From a virus, in the IMG/VR virus record IMGVR_UViG_3300042465_006773: a stretch of DNA of 64,000 nucleotides; one strand, written 5' to 3'. Positions within the stretch are counted from its first letter, which is position 1, and every line of letters starts with the position of its first letter. This document shows, piece after piece, positions 40,728 through 51,414 of the stretch. The notes under the pieces are model-generated. The model was not told the origin of the DNA and made no database searches. It worked only from the letters and a program-made list of their open reading frames with translations. Made by a program: the position numbers and the translations under genes.

Positions 40728-43700
40728 AGATTACACGAATAGTGAAAATATTTTAGTAAAAGTTGACCAAAATAATCTTGTTTATGTTGACCCAAATAGT
40801 GTTGTAGATTCTAATGGAGAAATACAACCAAGAGGACATAAACAAGAGAACTTGGTTATGTATGTAAACTTGGAAGCCGATTTAGTACCTAGAACAGTAT
40901 TAATATCTGATAACGATAAGGGAAACACATTGACACAAATTGCTGGTGGTAATTTAAATTTTTTAAAAAATGCAACCGGAGACGGTAATTTTGATGCGAC
41001 TTGGACAGACTCATTTGTTCCAAAACCAATACAAGGTCAAGAATCGAACTATAAAGACGGTTACGATGTGACGTTTGGTGAAAATCAATTTAAAGATACT
41101 AGTGGTCAAAGTTTTGGTATTGATTCAATTAGTATTTCAATTAAAGGAGCGAATTTTGTTCCAACTGTTAATATAAGTTTTATAGATGTTAGAGGTAAAA
41201 CATTATTCGAATCGAGTGACAATTCACCGTATAGGGCATTTTTTCATTTACCGTGGCCAATATTTTATCTAACTGTAAAAGGATATTATGGGAAAGCAAT
41301 AAGGTATAGGTTACACATGACAAAATTTTCATCAAGATTCAATGAATCAAATGGAAATTTTGAAATATCAACCATTTTCGTGGGTTCAACATATGCTTGG
41401 ATGAACGACATTACATTATCTCAAATAATAACATGTCCTTACATGTTTTTAGTTGAAGAAAACAAAAACACAAGTTTTAATGAAAAAACAGGATTATATG
41501 AAAAAACAGTATCTCACTCTTCAAGAGGATATCAAATATTAAAATCTGTTTACAGACAGTACGAACAAAAGGGATTAATACCAAAAGGATTTCCTGTAAG
41601 AACATTAACAGAAATGGGTTACATAGCAGAAAGTTTGGATAAAATTTTAGAACAACAAATTTTTAGTAGTGTTGATATGGGTGTTTTTCAAGGAGTTAAA
41701 GAATTGGATGAAACAATAAATAATTACGAAAATTCCTTTAAAGCTTGGGCAAAAAAGAATTTATCCAATGAATCTGAAAAGATAAGTGAGGATGAATTTT
41801 GGTATTATACTTCATTAAAAGATAAAACAAAATTGGACACCGTAGTTGGTGATAAAAATGGAACGTTAGAATTGTTAATAAAAAATTTTAATGAAACCAT
41901 CGAAAAAAATAGATTGTTTACTCAAACACTTTCTAACAATACTACTGGTGATTTTAAAAAAATATCAATAAAAAAATTGAAAAGTGCGTCAACATATTAT
42001 AAAATACTAACTGACAAAAAAGTGGTAATTAATATTGATGGTATTTTTAACGATATCTTTCAGATAAGAAAATCATTCGAAGAACAAAGAAAAAAATTGG
42101 AAGATGATGTTGAGTTTAGAATGAATGAAATAATCAAAGGAAAAGAAGGATTTGGGTTTGAACCAACAATTAGAAATATGTTCGCTGTTTTATTAGCAAA
42201 TGCCGAAGTTTATATCAGATTAATGAAAGATGTACACAACAAAGCATTTACTGCTTCTTTAAGTAGAAAAAATTCAGTCAAAAATCTTTCAAAAGAATCC
42301 AAAGGCGAGAGTATTTATCCGTGGCCTGAAATTTCAAAACCACAACAGGGTGGTAAAATAAATGTCATGGCGTATCCTGGTGATGAACAACTTATTCATA
42401 AATTAGAATCATATGATAGTACTAAATGGCCTGAAGTTGATTTTGTGGAAGAGTACATTAAAATTAACACAAATAGAGTTGAAACAAATGTAAATAACGA
42501 ACCAACGAGAAATGATGTTAATTATGTATTTGATTCTAATGTAGACTTAAACACTATTTCACCAATATCGACGACCGATTTTATTATAAGTAGAGTGCCT
42601 TATATTGATAAAGATTATGCGTCATTTTTATATGAAATATATGAAAGAGCTAGATTTTTAACAATGTTTGATTCATTTACTAATGAAATGTTAACTGAGT
42701 TGGCAAATGAAGAGTTTAATAATATTAAAAATTCAATAGAAGAAGATGGTGATTTGATAGAAATCGCTAAAAGAATAAAATCGATAGATGATTTTATTAG
42801 GGTCGAATATCAACAAACAAAAAAAGACGAAAACGGTAAAATCGAATTAGACGAAAATAATAACCCTAAAACACAAACCGAATACAGTGGTTATTTGTTT
42901 ATCTCATCACCTTATGATAAATTTTCAAAATACAAAGACACTTTACCTACAACCAATTATTTGGTTGAAATATTAGAGGAACCTTTCAAGTTTGAAAGTT
43001 ATAATTTAAACGTTACAATAAAAGACGGTGGATTAGACAGTGATAAAATAAATAACTATTTGTTAAATTATCAACCAGAATCGTATAGAAAAAACATATA
43101 CCCATTTAATTCAAATACATATTTGGGATACATAAACAAAACAACCTTTAGTGATGATAATTTTAAATTTAACGGAATATTAAAATATGAATCATCTAAT
43201 GGTTTTATATCGTCACCAATTAATCCAAACTCATGGGTAAAATCGGGAGGAAATAATTTAACTAATTTCTTTTCAAATACGGTTAACGTGACAGGAAATA
43301 CTGTTTCAATTTTAAACACACCATATTTTCACAATCAACTTTACTATGATTTTAATAAATCCACAGTAAATGGTAAATATGCCGGTTCGGCATATCTTTT
43401 ACTTAATTCTTTACCTTTTATTGACTTAGATGACCAGATTACATTTGAAAATACTTCAATATTAACATCATCATTATTTAGAGAAATTGGTTCTACACAT
43501 TTCATTCCATATCATTTATTGTTAAAATGGGGGTCTATTTATCACAGATACAAAACACATCTTATTGACGGATATGACATTTTAGAAGGTGCAATAAATT
43601 CAAGTTATGTCACTAAACCATTGTCAGGTCAAACATTCTTTGATAATAATTCAGGATATACTTTTACAATAACCCCCAAAGTATCAACAACAACCGGTTC

Positions 43701-46506
43701 AACTCTTAATGTATCGTACACTGGTTACACAAGTGTAGGGTTGAGTCCCTTTTATCAATCAATATATAGTCAAATTGTTAATGGTTATGCTCATTACAAT
43801 AATTCATTGGGTAATTCATCATATTCTGCAAATACTTTGAATAATGGTATAATACATAGAGTTAGGACAAAAACACAAATGAACTATTGGGACGTGATAG
43901 TTGACAATACAAAGTATAAAACGGACGAAAAAACATACACTCTTTTACCATCTATTGGTGATTATTCTAGCTCAAAAATATTTGTTTATAGTAATGGTTC
44001 ATTTGATTTTGTACAACAAATTGGTTTTAGAACCTTATGGTTTTTAGATGATACTATAACTAATTCATTTACTGGTCAAACTTTTCCAACACCTTATGAA
44101 TATTTTAGAACAACAGGAAACACTTATTCTATATCCACAAATTATAAAAAAGCAATTGATTTAATTGGTACATTTAGTCCAACAATCCTCGAATATTTTG
44201 AAAGTTATTTTTTAGATTTTGCAAGTCAAAAAATGAACGACGAATTACCATATAAACCATTTAATAATTTGAATTTTCAAAAATTCCAAGATATATTAAC
44301 AAGATTAAGCGTTATCGATAAAACCAATTTACCACAAGACCCCGCATCATTGTCCAACATTGATTTACTAATTGATAATTTGAAACGAAAACAAAAAGAA
44401 GCTGCAGAAAGTATAACCAATAGTATTTTAGGTAGTAACAATCTAATACAGTTTAGTTTATCAAATCCAAAAGAAATTGACCCTTTTATATTGTATGGAA
44501 TGACAAAATCAAATCCTGATACAACATATTTAACACAATCATTTAGTTCTTCTGATATTAACTCAACAAATCAGAATTTTATAAAATTATATATTGGAGA
44601 AGATATTGACGGATATTATTTAGAGTTTTTTAGTGTTAATAATATCAAATTAACTGAAGACAATATAAAAACACATAGACCACTTGCTCAAATTTATGGT
44701 GGATATAGAAAAAATGGGGGTACAACAAGTAGGTCTTCTTTTTTAAACTACCTTAAAAACGAAATCATTATTAAAAATACCGGTGGAGATATAACCTCTA
44801 AAGGTTCTGACATTAGATTCAAACATTTTTTAACTCAACTTTTAATTAATTTTCCAAAATTAGATAGTAAAAAATCAAAAAATCCCGCGTCAAGAATTGA
44901 TATGTTTAGAGGGTATAATAGTGATAACACAAAATTAGAATTATATAACACATTCAAATCATTTAATGATAAGTGGACTTCAGGGAATTCGATTGGACAA
45001 AGATTATTGTTAGAAGAATTTTTATTTTTAGATAAAGCAAATCGGGATATTGGTGATAAATTATATCTTAACATTGATAGGTTTACGAACCTTTTGCATC
45101 CAAAAAATGTAAAACAATCGTTGTATGGGGCAATATCCATGTTAATCCAAGGTACGGGATTAGATATGAGGGCATTACCAGCATACATAAATTTTTATGG
45201 AAACAATGTTAATGTAAAAAATAAAATAAGACCCTCAAAAAAAGTTGCGTCAGATTTGTTCGGAACGTTTTTAGAAGTTGATTACCAAGAATCGACACCA
45301 AAAATCATTATTCAATTAGTTGGAAATAATTCAAAAAGATTGGATATGTCAAACAGTAAACCATATAAGTTTACAGATGATGGTTTTTATATTGGGAGTC
45401 AAAACAATAATCCTTTGTTGATAACCTCCTTAGAGAACTTTTCAAGAAATGACCTATCAAAGTCTAATCGGGTCGTTGCTTTTGAAGTTAGTTTTGGAGA
45501 CCAAAATCAAGGAATATTTAAAGGACTGACACTTGACCAATCAAGTTTAAAAAACACATCCGAATCGTTTCTTGTTTTGGAGAATTTAGCTAGGTCCGCT
45601 TCAGGTGCAGGTGTATACAATGTTGACGTTTCGTTATTTGATTACTATAAACAAGCTTCTTACAAATGCGACATAACTTCTATGGGTAATGTTATGATAC
45701 AACCAACAATGTTTTTTTATTTAAAAAATGTACCTATGTTTAGAGGTTCATATTGGATAACTGAAGTAACACATACAATAAAATCAAATAATATATCTAC
45801 AACGTTTTCTGGTACGAGAATACCGTATACATCTCTACCCGACCCAACAGATTCCTTTGTGGCCAGTTATAGAATATTATTTGATAAGATACAATCCAAA
45901 GCATCTAGAATAATAAAACAAAGAGAATCCAATAAAACTGATACACAAGAAACGGTTGTGTACCAGAAAATAAATTATATTACAGATAGGGGAGGTAAAA
46001 TTATTCAGGGTGAGCAAATAATTGACAAATTAGAAGATGTTGGTATCAATAAGTTTGGCGTACCATTTAACGGATTTAATGAACAAAGAACCATTCAAAA
46101 GGTAAGAAATAATAACCAAGTTTGGTTAAGAGGATTGGTCGTACAAATGGGTGGAACAGGGTATACAATTAATGATACAACAAGTATGAATATTGCAAAT
46201 GGTATTAAATTTTCAGACATTCAAAATACCGATTATAAGTATTTTATGGTTAATTTTCAATTATCAAGACAAATCACTGCAGAATTAATTAGAACAGCAA
46301 AAACAACTTTTAAAAATCCAAATAATAATAAAACGGTCGTTGTTAACCCAAATTATCAATTGGATTCATCTTCAGGAACGATTGTTGCTGAAGGTCCTGT
46401 TGCGATAGGTCCTATAAGTAGCACTTACGGAATTGCATTATCAAAGAAATTAATGAGTGAACTTAAACTATTTGATGGTGACGTTGTTTATTTTAATATG
46501 GAATAA
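40714..46506 (+). CDS. Very large baseplate hub protein (gp27/gpD-like termini)
   Basis: FGIDSISI, FYLTVKGYYG near the N-terminus; MGNVMIQP.MFFYL.NVPMF.GSYWITEVTH near the C-terminus; 1930 aa. Confidence 0.55.
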   Translation: MANNRDYTNSENILVKVDQNNLVYVDPNSVVDSNGEIQPRGHKQENLVMYVNLEADLVPRTVLISDNDKGNTLTQIAGGNLNFLKNATGDGNFDATWTDSFVPKPIQGQESNYKDGYDVTFGENQFKDTSGQSFGIDSISISIKGANFVPTVNISFIDVRGKTLFESSDNSPYRAFFHLPWPIFYLTVKGYYGKAIRYRLHMTKFSSRFNESNGNFEISTIFVGSTYAWMNDITLSQIITCPYMFLVEENKNTSFNEKTGLYEKTVSHSSRGYQILKSVYRQYEQKGLIPKGFPVRTLTEMGYIAESLDKILEQQIFSSVDMGVFQGVKELDETINNYENSFKAWAKKNLSNESEKISEDEFWYYTSLKDKTKLDTVVGDKNGTLELLIKNFNETIEKNRLFTQTLSNNTTGDFKKISIKKLKSASTYYKILTDKKVVINIDGIFNDIFQIRKSFEEQRKKLEDDVEFRMNEIIKGKEGFGFEPTIRNMFAVLLANAEVYIRLMKDVHNKAFTASLSRKNSVKNLSKESKGESIYPWPEISKPQQGGKINVMAYPGDEQLIHKLESYDSTKWPEVDFVEEYIKINTNRVETNVNNEPTRNDVNYVFDSNVDLNTISPISTTDFIISRVPYIDKDYASFLYEIYERARFLTMFDSFTNEMLTELANEEFNNIKNSIEEDGDLIEIAKRIKSIDDFIRVEYQQTKKDENGKIELDENNNPKTQTEYSGYLFISSPYDKFSKYKDTLPTTNYLVEILEEPFKFESYNLNVTIKDGGLDSDKINNYLLNYQPESYRKNIYPFNSNTYLGYINKTTFSDDNFKFNGILKYESSNGFISSPINPNSWVKSGGNNLTNFFSNTVNVTGNTVSILNTPYFHNQLYYDFNKSTVNGKYAGSAYLLLNSLPFIDLDDQITFENTSILTSSLFREIGSTHFIPYHLLLKWGSIYHRYKTHLIDGYDILEGAINSSYVTKPLSGQTFFDNNSGYTFTITPKVSTTTGSTLNVSYTGYTSVGLSPFYQSIYSQIVNGYAHYNNSLGNSSYSANTLNNGIIHRVRTKTQMNYWDVIVDNTKYKTDEKTYTLLPSIGDYSSSKIFVYSNGSFDFVQQIGFRTLWFLDDTITNSFTGQTFPTPYEYFRTTGNTYSISTNYKKAIDLIGTFSPTILEYFESYFLDFASQKMNDELPYKPFNNLNFQKFQDILTRLSVIDKTNLPQDPASLSNIDLLIDNLKRKQKEAAESITNSILGSNNLIQFSLSNPKEIDPFILYGMTKSNPDTTYLTQSFSSSDINSTNQNFIKLYIGEDIDGYYLEFFSVNNIKLTEDNIKTHRPLAQIYGGYRKNGGTTSRSSFLNYLKNEIIIKNTGGDITSKGSDIRFKHFLTQLLINFPKLDSKKSKNPASRIDMFRGYNSDNTKLELYNTFKSFNDKWTSGNSIGQRLLLEEFLFLDKANRDIGDKLYLNIDRFTNLLHPKNVKQSLYGAISMLIQGTGLDMRALPAYINFYGNNVNVKNKIRPSKKVASDLFGTFLEVDYQESTPKIIIQLVGNNSKRLDMSNSKPYKFTDDGFYIGSQNNNPLLITSLENFSRNDLSKSNRVVAFEVSFGDQNQGIFKGLTLDQSSLKNTSESFLVLENLARSASGAGVYNVDVSLFDYYKQASYKCDITSMGNVMIQPTMFFYLKNVPMFRGSYWITEVTHTIKSNNISTTFSGTRIPYTSLPDPTDSFVASYRILFDKIQSKASRIIKQRESNKTDTQETVVYQKINYITDRGGKIIQGEQIIDKLEDVGINKFGVPFNGFNEQRTIQKVRNNNQVWLRGLVVQMGGTGYTINDTTSMNIANGIKFSDIQNTDYKYFMVNFQLSRQITAELIRTAKTTFKNPNNNKTVVVNPNYQLDSSSGTIVAEGPVAIGPISSTYGIALSKKLMSELKLFDGDVVYFNME

Positions 46507-46551
46507 TTAGATATTTTATTTTTTTTGGATATTTATATAAAAAAAAGAAAA

Positions 46552-46752
46552 ATGAATAGTGAAAAATTTAATAAGTCTTTAGATAGTTTTATGAATAAAA
46601 CAAAGACAACTAAAAAATTAAACAACACCGAGACAGAGGAATGTGATTTACAAACAGGTGAGTGTTATGTGATAAGGTCTAAAGATGGTATTGTTGAAAG
46701 AATAAATAAAAAATTCATAACTGAAGACGGTAGACAACTTTTACAAGATTAA
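46552..46752 (+). CDS. Small late hypothetical protein
   Basis: Start reassigned to MNSEKF after TATTTATA; CDLQTGEC and ITEDGRQLLQD. Confidence 0.6.
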   Translation: MNSEKFNKSLDSFMNKTKTTKKLNNTETEECDLQTGECYVIRSKDGIVERINKKFITEDGRQLLQD

Positions 46753-46753
46753 T

Positions 46754-47395
46754 ATGAAAAATTTAGAAAAAAAATTAATGGAAGAAATTGCTCGACACAG
46801 AGCGATTAACAATTACACTAAACGTTTAATGGAACAAGCGGAATTACCACCACCCGACGCACCCATTGACCCTGCGGTTGCTCCACCAGCCGACACCACA
46901 ATGGACCCCGCATCTGAACCACTAGCCGACACCACCACACCACCAGCATCTGATGCACCTGTTGAACCTGAGACAGAAGAAATAGATATAACTGATTTGG
47001 TTAATATGACCAAATCGATTAAGAAAGATTTAGATGATAAAAATACAGAAAACATGGAAGTGGTAAATAAAATGGATAGTGTTTTCACCAAGTTAAATGA
47101 TTTGGAACAAAAATTATCTCAAATGGACTCTGTTATTAGTAAGATAGATGAATTGGGTAATAAAGTCGAAACTATGAAAGAAAAAACTCCACAAGAAAAA
47201 TTGGAGTTAAGGTCATTAGATTCGTATCCATTTAATTTAAATCCTCAAGAATTTTTTACTCAAAAACAAACAGAAATGCAAAAATCTGGTAAAAACGAAT
47301 ATGTTTTAACTAAACAAGATATTGATGACTATTCCTTAGATACCATAAGAAATAGTTTTAACCCAGAACAAGAAGAAGATGAATTTAAGTTCTAA
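46754..47395 (+). CDS. Acidic/Pro-rich coiled-coil protein, candidate prohead core/scaffold
   Basis: N-terminal LMEEIARHRAI tag, P/A/D linker, coiled coil. Confidence 0.5.
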   Translation: MKNLEKKLMEEIARHRAINNYTKRLMEQAELPPPDAPIDPAVAPPADTTMDPASEPLADTTTPPASDAPVEPETEEIDITDLVNMTKSIKKDLDDKNTENMEVVNKMDSVFTKLNDLEQKLSQMDSVISKIDELGNKVETMKEKTPQEKLELRSLDSYPFNLNPQEFFTQKQTEMQKSGKNEYVLTKQDIDDYSLDTIRNSFNPEQEEDEFKF

Positions 47396-47753
47396 AGTAA
47401 ACCTTTTAATAGGATTACAATTACAATTAAAAATAAATCATTGGCAAACCAAAGGTGTTGCTAGACATGAAGCATTTGGTAAAACATATGACGCATTATC
47501 GGATTTAATTGATGATTTTGTTGAAATAGCGATGGGTAAATATGGTAGATTTATTTTAGATGAAGAAACAAAAACAATTAAGTTAATTAATTTATCAGAA
47601 ATGAACCCGTCTGATATGATAAAAACATGTACAGAAGGTTTAATACAATTCTCCGAAGACTTAGATAGAACCGCGGATACAGATTTATTAAATATAAGAG
47701 ACGAAATACTTGGAAATTTAAATAAATTATTGTATCTTTTAACTTTAGAATAA
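47379..47753 (+). CDS. Ferritin/Dps-like protein (DUF5856-like)
   Basis: HWQTKG.ARHEAFG..YD.L..LIDDFVE...G; NIRDEILG.LNKLLYLL. Confidence 0.75.
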   Translation: MNLSSKVNLLIGLQLQLKINHWQTKGVARHEAFGKTYDALSDLIDDFVEIAMGKYGRFILDEETKTIKLINLSEMNPSDMIKTCTEGLIQFSEDLDRTADTDLLNIRDEILGNLNKLLYLLTLE

Positions 47754-47757
47754 GTTA

Positions 47758-47831
47758 GGTTCGTTAGTAGAGTTGGTTACAATATCGCACTGTCACTGCG
47801 AAGGTCATGGGTTCGATTCCCATACGAACCG
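47758..47831 (+). tRNA. trnD: tRNA-Asp(GTC)
   Basis: Acceptor GGTTCGT/ACGAACC, anticodon arm TCGCA-CTGTCAC-TGCGA, T-loop TTCGATT; CCA not encoded. Confidence 0.93.
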
Positions 47832-47839
47832 CGTTTTAT

Positions 47840-47916
47840 AGGGGAATATATCAATTGGTTAGATTACGTGCTTTGGGAGCACGAGGTTGTGGGTTCGAGT
47901 CCCGCTTCTCCTACCA
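47840..47916 (+). tRNA. trnP: tRNA-Pro(TGG)
   Basis: Acceptor AGGGGAA/TTCTCCT, anticodon arm CGTGC-TTTGGGA-GCACG, T-loop TTCGAGT, ACCA end. Confidence 0.93.
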
Positions 47917-47939
47917 ATACAAAAAAAAATTGATAACGT

Positions 47940-47970
47940 TTTGAAATTTGATTTTTATTACGTATATTTT
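47940..47970 (+). promoter_or_regulatory. Host-sigma-type promoter of the replication operon
   Basis: TTTG(47940)-N19-TATATTTT(47963). Confidence 0.6.
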
Positions 47971-47994
47971 AGATACAATTAAAAACAAAAAATT

Positions 47995-48852
47995 ATGTCA
48001 ACATTAGAAGCAGTACTAGCACAGTACGAAAAAAACAAACAAGCCACAAGTGGCACCGTTGGAATGTCTCAAGAAGACAGGATGAAAAAATACTTCACTA
48101 CCGTTTTACCTAAAGGTATTCGTAGTCAAGAAAAAAGAATTAGGATTCTTCCCGCGAAAGATGGTTCACCTTTTGTAGAGGTCTTTTTTCATGAAATCCA
48201 AGTAAATGGAGACTGGGTTAAACTTTATGACCCAAAACAAGAAGGAAAACGTTCTCCATTGGATGAAGTTCGTGAAGGTTTAATGGCATCAGGAGTTGAA
48301 TCCGATAAAGTACTTGCTCGTCAATATCGTTCTCGCAAATTCTTTATCGTTAAATTGATTGATAGAGATAATGAACAGGATGGTGTAAAATTTTGGCGTT
48401 TTAAGTATAACACAAAAAGTGAAGGTGTTTATGATAAATTGATTCCTTTATTTAGGAACAAAGGTGATATTACCGACCCATTAAAAGGACGAGATTTGAT
48501 TTTGAATCTGAACCTTTCAAAAGCAGGTAATGGTAGGGATTATACCACAATTACTCAGATTATCCCCGAGGACCCAAGTCCATTGCATGAAGATAAATCA
48601 GTTGCGGATTCTTGGATTAACGACCCTTTGATTTGGTCTGATGTTTACTCCAAAAAACCAGAAGAATATTTGGAAATGGTCGCAACTGACCAAAACCCGA
48701 AATGGGACAGCGTTACAGGTAAGTGGGTGTCCACATCTTCAGGTGAAGAAAAAATCGGGGGTTCTAATAAAACAGAACAACCACAAACACAAGAGTCTGA
48801 TTATGTTGACCCACAAGAAGGTTTTACTGAAGACGACGAACTACCATTTTAA
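47995..48852 (+). CDS. Single-stranded DNA-binding protein (gp32-like)
   Basis: IRILP, GVKFWRF, GDITDP..GRDL, acidic tail EDDELPF. Confidence 0.85.
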   Translation: MSTLEAVLAQYEKNKQATSGTVGMSQEDRMKKYFTTVLPKGIRSQEKRIRILPAKDGSPFVEVFFHEIQVNGDWVKLYDPKQEGKRSPLDEVREGLMASGVESDKVLARQYRSRKFFIVKLIDRDNEQDGVKFWRFKYNTKSEGVYDKLIPLFRNKGDITDPLKGRDLILNLNLSKAGNGRDYTTITQIIPEDPSPLHEDKSVADSWINDPLIWSDVYSKKPEEYLEMVATDQNPKWDSVTGKWVSTSSGEEKIGGSNKTEQPQTQESDYVDPQEGFTEDDELPF

Positions 48853-48868
48853 TTAAAATCACTAATAT

Positions 48869-48903
48869 GATGCCCACACAATTGTCGTGTGGGCATCTTT
48901 TTT
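48869..48903 (+). terminator. Intrinsic terminator
   Basis: gatgcccacac-N7-gtgtgggcatc followed by tttttt. Confidence 0.85.
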
Positions 48904-48914
48904 AAAAAAAAATT

Positions 48915-49916
48915 ATGCCAATTAAGAAAAAAGAATTCGATTATATTTCAAAATTTTCTTCTAAAACAAAATACAAAGAAGAGAAATTTTATTATTGTGG
49001 TGAAACCTTCAATGACGCGTGTGGTTTACCGGGTCCTGTTATGGGTAATATAAACATGTTTTTAGGTCACACTAATTCATCAAAGACAACCGCAATGATA
49101 TTGTCCGCGGTTGATGCTCAAAGAAGAGGTGATTTGGTTGTTTTTGTCATCACTGAAAGAAAATGGAAATGGGAACACGCTGTTGAATTGGGACTTCAAG
49201 CGGAAAAAGATAAAAACGGTGAATGGTCGGGAGATTTCATTTTTAATGATTCTTTTGAGTATATTGAACAAGCAACTGATTTTGTTAATGAGATTATAGA
49301 TGCTCATGAAAATGGTGATATCCCAAGAAATATATTATTTTGTTGGGATTCGATAGGTTCGATTCCATGTAAAATGACCTTTGAAGGTAAAGGAGGAAAA
49401 CAACATAACGCCAGTGTATTGTCAGATAAAATTGGAATGGGAATACATGCGAGAATTACTAAGTCAAAAAAAGAAGACTATCCTTCCTCAGAAAATTCAT
49501 ATTATATAACAATGGTTGTGGTTAACCAACCATGGGTTGAATTACCTGATAATCCTTTTGGTCAACCAGAAATTAAAGCAAAAGGTGGAGAGGCTCTTTG
49601 GTTGGCATCTGCGTTGGTTTTCTTGTTTGGTAATCAGAAAAAATCGGGAATCAATCATATTGATGCGGTAAAAGACGGTAGAAAAATTACATATGCCATT
49701 AGAACAAAGATATCAATAATTAAGAATCACGTTAATGGTTTGGGATTTAAAGATGGAAAAGTAATTGTTGTCCATAATGGATATATCCCTGATACTAAAG
49801 AATCGTTAGAAAAATATAAAAAAGAATATTCTAACTTTTGGAAAGAAAAAATTGGTGGGGTCGATTTTGAGTTAAAAGACTCAGTTACTTTTGAAGAAGA
49901 TTCAGATGAATCTTGA
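48915..49916 (+). CDS. uvsX: RecA/UvsX-like recombinase
   Basis: Variant Walker A GHTNSSKTT, WDSIGS, VVNQ, KGGEAL, IKNH. Confidence 0.8.
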   Translation: MPIKKKEFDYISKFSSKTKYKEEKFYYCGETFNDACGLPGPVMGNINMFLGHTNSSKTTAMILSAVDAQRRGDLVVFVITERKWKWEHAVELGLQAEKDKNGEWSGDFIFNDSFEYIEQATDFVNEIIDAHENGDIPRNILFCWDSIGSIPCKMTFEGKGGKQHNASVLSDKIGMGIHARITKSKKEDYPSSENSYYITMVVVNQPWVELPDNPFGQPEIKAKGGEALWLASALVFLFGNQKKSGINHIDAVKDGRKITYAIRTKISIIKNHVNGLGFKDGKVIVVHNGYIPDTKESLEKYKKEYSNFWKEKIGGVDFELKDSVTFEEDSDES

Positions 49917-49942
49917 TTGTTTAACAATTAGAATAATGATAA

Positions 49943-50965
49943 ATGTCTAATGTATTATTAGTAGATGGTGATAATTTACTAACAATCGGGTTTTTTGCAC
50001 TAAAAAATCATTTTCATAAAGGGGAACATATTGGTGGAATATATCATTTCATCAATACTATCCGTATCTTTATTGATAAACATCATTTAGATAAAGTAGT
50101 TGTTTTTTGGGATGGAGAAAACGGCTCACAAACTAGAAGAGGTTTTTATCACCAATATAAACAAAATAGAAGGATTAGAATTAGGACAGAAGAAGAATTA
50201 AATTCATACACAAGAGAAAGGAATAGGATAAAACAATATTTAGAAGACCTATATGTTAGACAAGGTGAATATGAATATTGTGAAAGTGATGATTCGATTG
50301 CGTATTATGTTCAAAATTCACCAAATGAAAATAAGATTATTTTTTCAGGGGATGGTGACCTTACTCAATTAGTTTCTGAAAAAACAAGGATATATAATCC
50401 ATCGTATAGTAAATTTTATCAACAAAATGATATGTTTACATACGAACAAGAAGAAATTTTGATTGAAAATGTTAAATTTGTTAAAATGATATGTGGTGAT
50501 AAATCCGATAATATCGCGGGAATAAAAAGTTTAGGAATCACAAAATTGGTAAATGCTGTTCCTGAATTAAAAGAAAGACAATTAACATTAGAATACATAA
50601 GAAATAAATTTAATGATTTGTTTGAAAATGATAAACATAACAAGTCAATAACTAATTTTATAACTGGTGTCACTAAATACGGTGTTTTGGGAGAGGAGTT
50701 TTTTCAAGTTAATGAAAAAATAGTTAGTCTTGATTCCCCATTTTTAACCGAAGACGCTAAAGAATCAATATCTTTATTAGTGGATGATTATATGGATTCA
50801 GAGGGTCGTTCATATAAAAACACAATGAAGATGATGATTGAGGATGGATTATTTTTACTACTACCAAAATCGGATGATGCATGGATAAAATTTTTAAACC
50901 CATTTTTAAGATTAACAAGAAAAGAAAAAAATAAAAAAACAATTAAAATCAAAACAAATGAATAA
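49943..50965 (+). CDS. 5'-3' exonuclease / RNase H (T4 rnh, PolI N-terminal-like)
   Basis: LLVDGDNL, VFWDG, YKQNR, ESDD, SGDGDLTQL, GDKSDNIAGI. Confidence 0.9.
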   Translation: MSNVLLVDGDNLLTIGFFALKNHFHKGEHIGGIYHFINTIRIFIDKHHLDKVVVFWDGENGSQTRRGFYHQYKQNRRIRIRTEEELNSYTRERNRIKQYLEDLYVRQGEYEYCESDDSIAYYVQNSPNENKIIFSGDGDLTQLVSEKTRIYNPSYSKFYQQNDMFTYEQEEILIENVKFVKMICGDKSDNIAGIKSLGITKLVNAVPELKERQLTLEYIRNKFNDLFENDKHNKSITNFITGVTKYGVLGEEFFQVNEKIVSLDSPFLTEDAKESISLLVDDYMDSEGRSYKNTMKMMIEDGLFLLLPKSDDAWIKFLNPFLRLTRKEKNKKTIKIKTNE

Positions 50966-51401
50966 TCAAGAACTATTAAAATTCGAATTTCTACTTACAC
51001 TTGAAAACAATATCGTATGTCAAAGGTTTTTCAACGTAAGAGAATACAATCCACAGATTCGCCATTCTATGGATTTATACTACATTGTAAAAAATATTTG
51101 CGATGAAATTGGTGAAGATTTAAAAATAAAAACTATGGATTATCTATACGATAACATGGATTTTTTTTACGATTCGGATGACTCCGAAACTAAATTAGAC
51201 AGTACTCAAGAGTACTTTGTTTTGGAAATTAAGTTAGGTGATGAAGTATTTATCAGAAGTATGTTTCCGGCTAACTATTATCACCCGAAGGTAAGGTATA
51301 CTGTGGATATTCGTCCATATCTTAAAAGATATTTATCAGAACTAACAAACGTATTATCTTCTAAAGATTTGGAAACAACGTATTTAAATTATGAATTATA
51401 A
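50958..51401 (+). CDS. Hypothetical protein in the replication operon
   Basis: 147 aa, coupled between the exonuclease and helicase genes. Confidence 0.7.
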   Translation: MNNQELLKFEFLLTLENNIVCQRFFNVREYNPQIRHSMDLYYIVKNICDEIGEDLKIKTMDYLYDNMDFFYDSDDSETKLDSTQEYFVLEIKLGDEVFIRSMFPANYYHPKVRYTVDIRPYLKRYLSELTNVLSSKDLETTYLNYEL

Positions 51402-51414
51402 AAAATAAAAAAAC

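Noticed and set aside
48915-49916. UvsX pseudogene because Walker A reads GHTNSSKT
   Set aside because: The ORF is intact with Lys-Thr and Walker B retained; treated as a natural variant.
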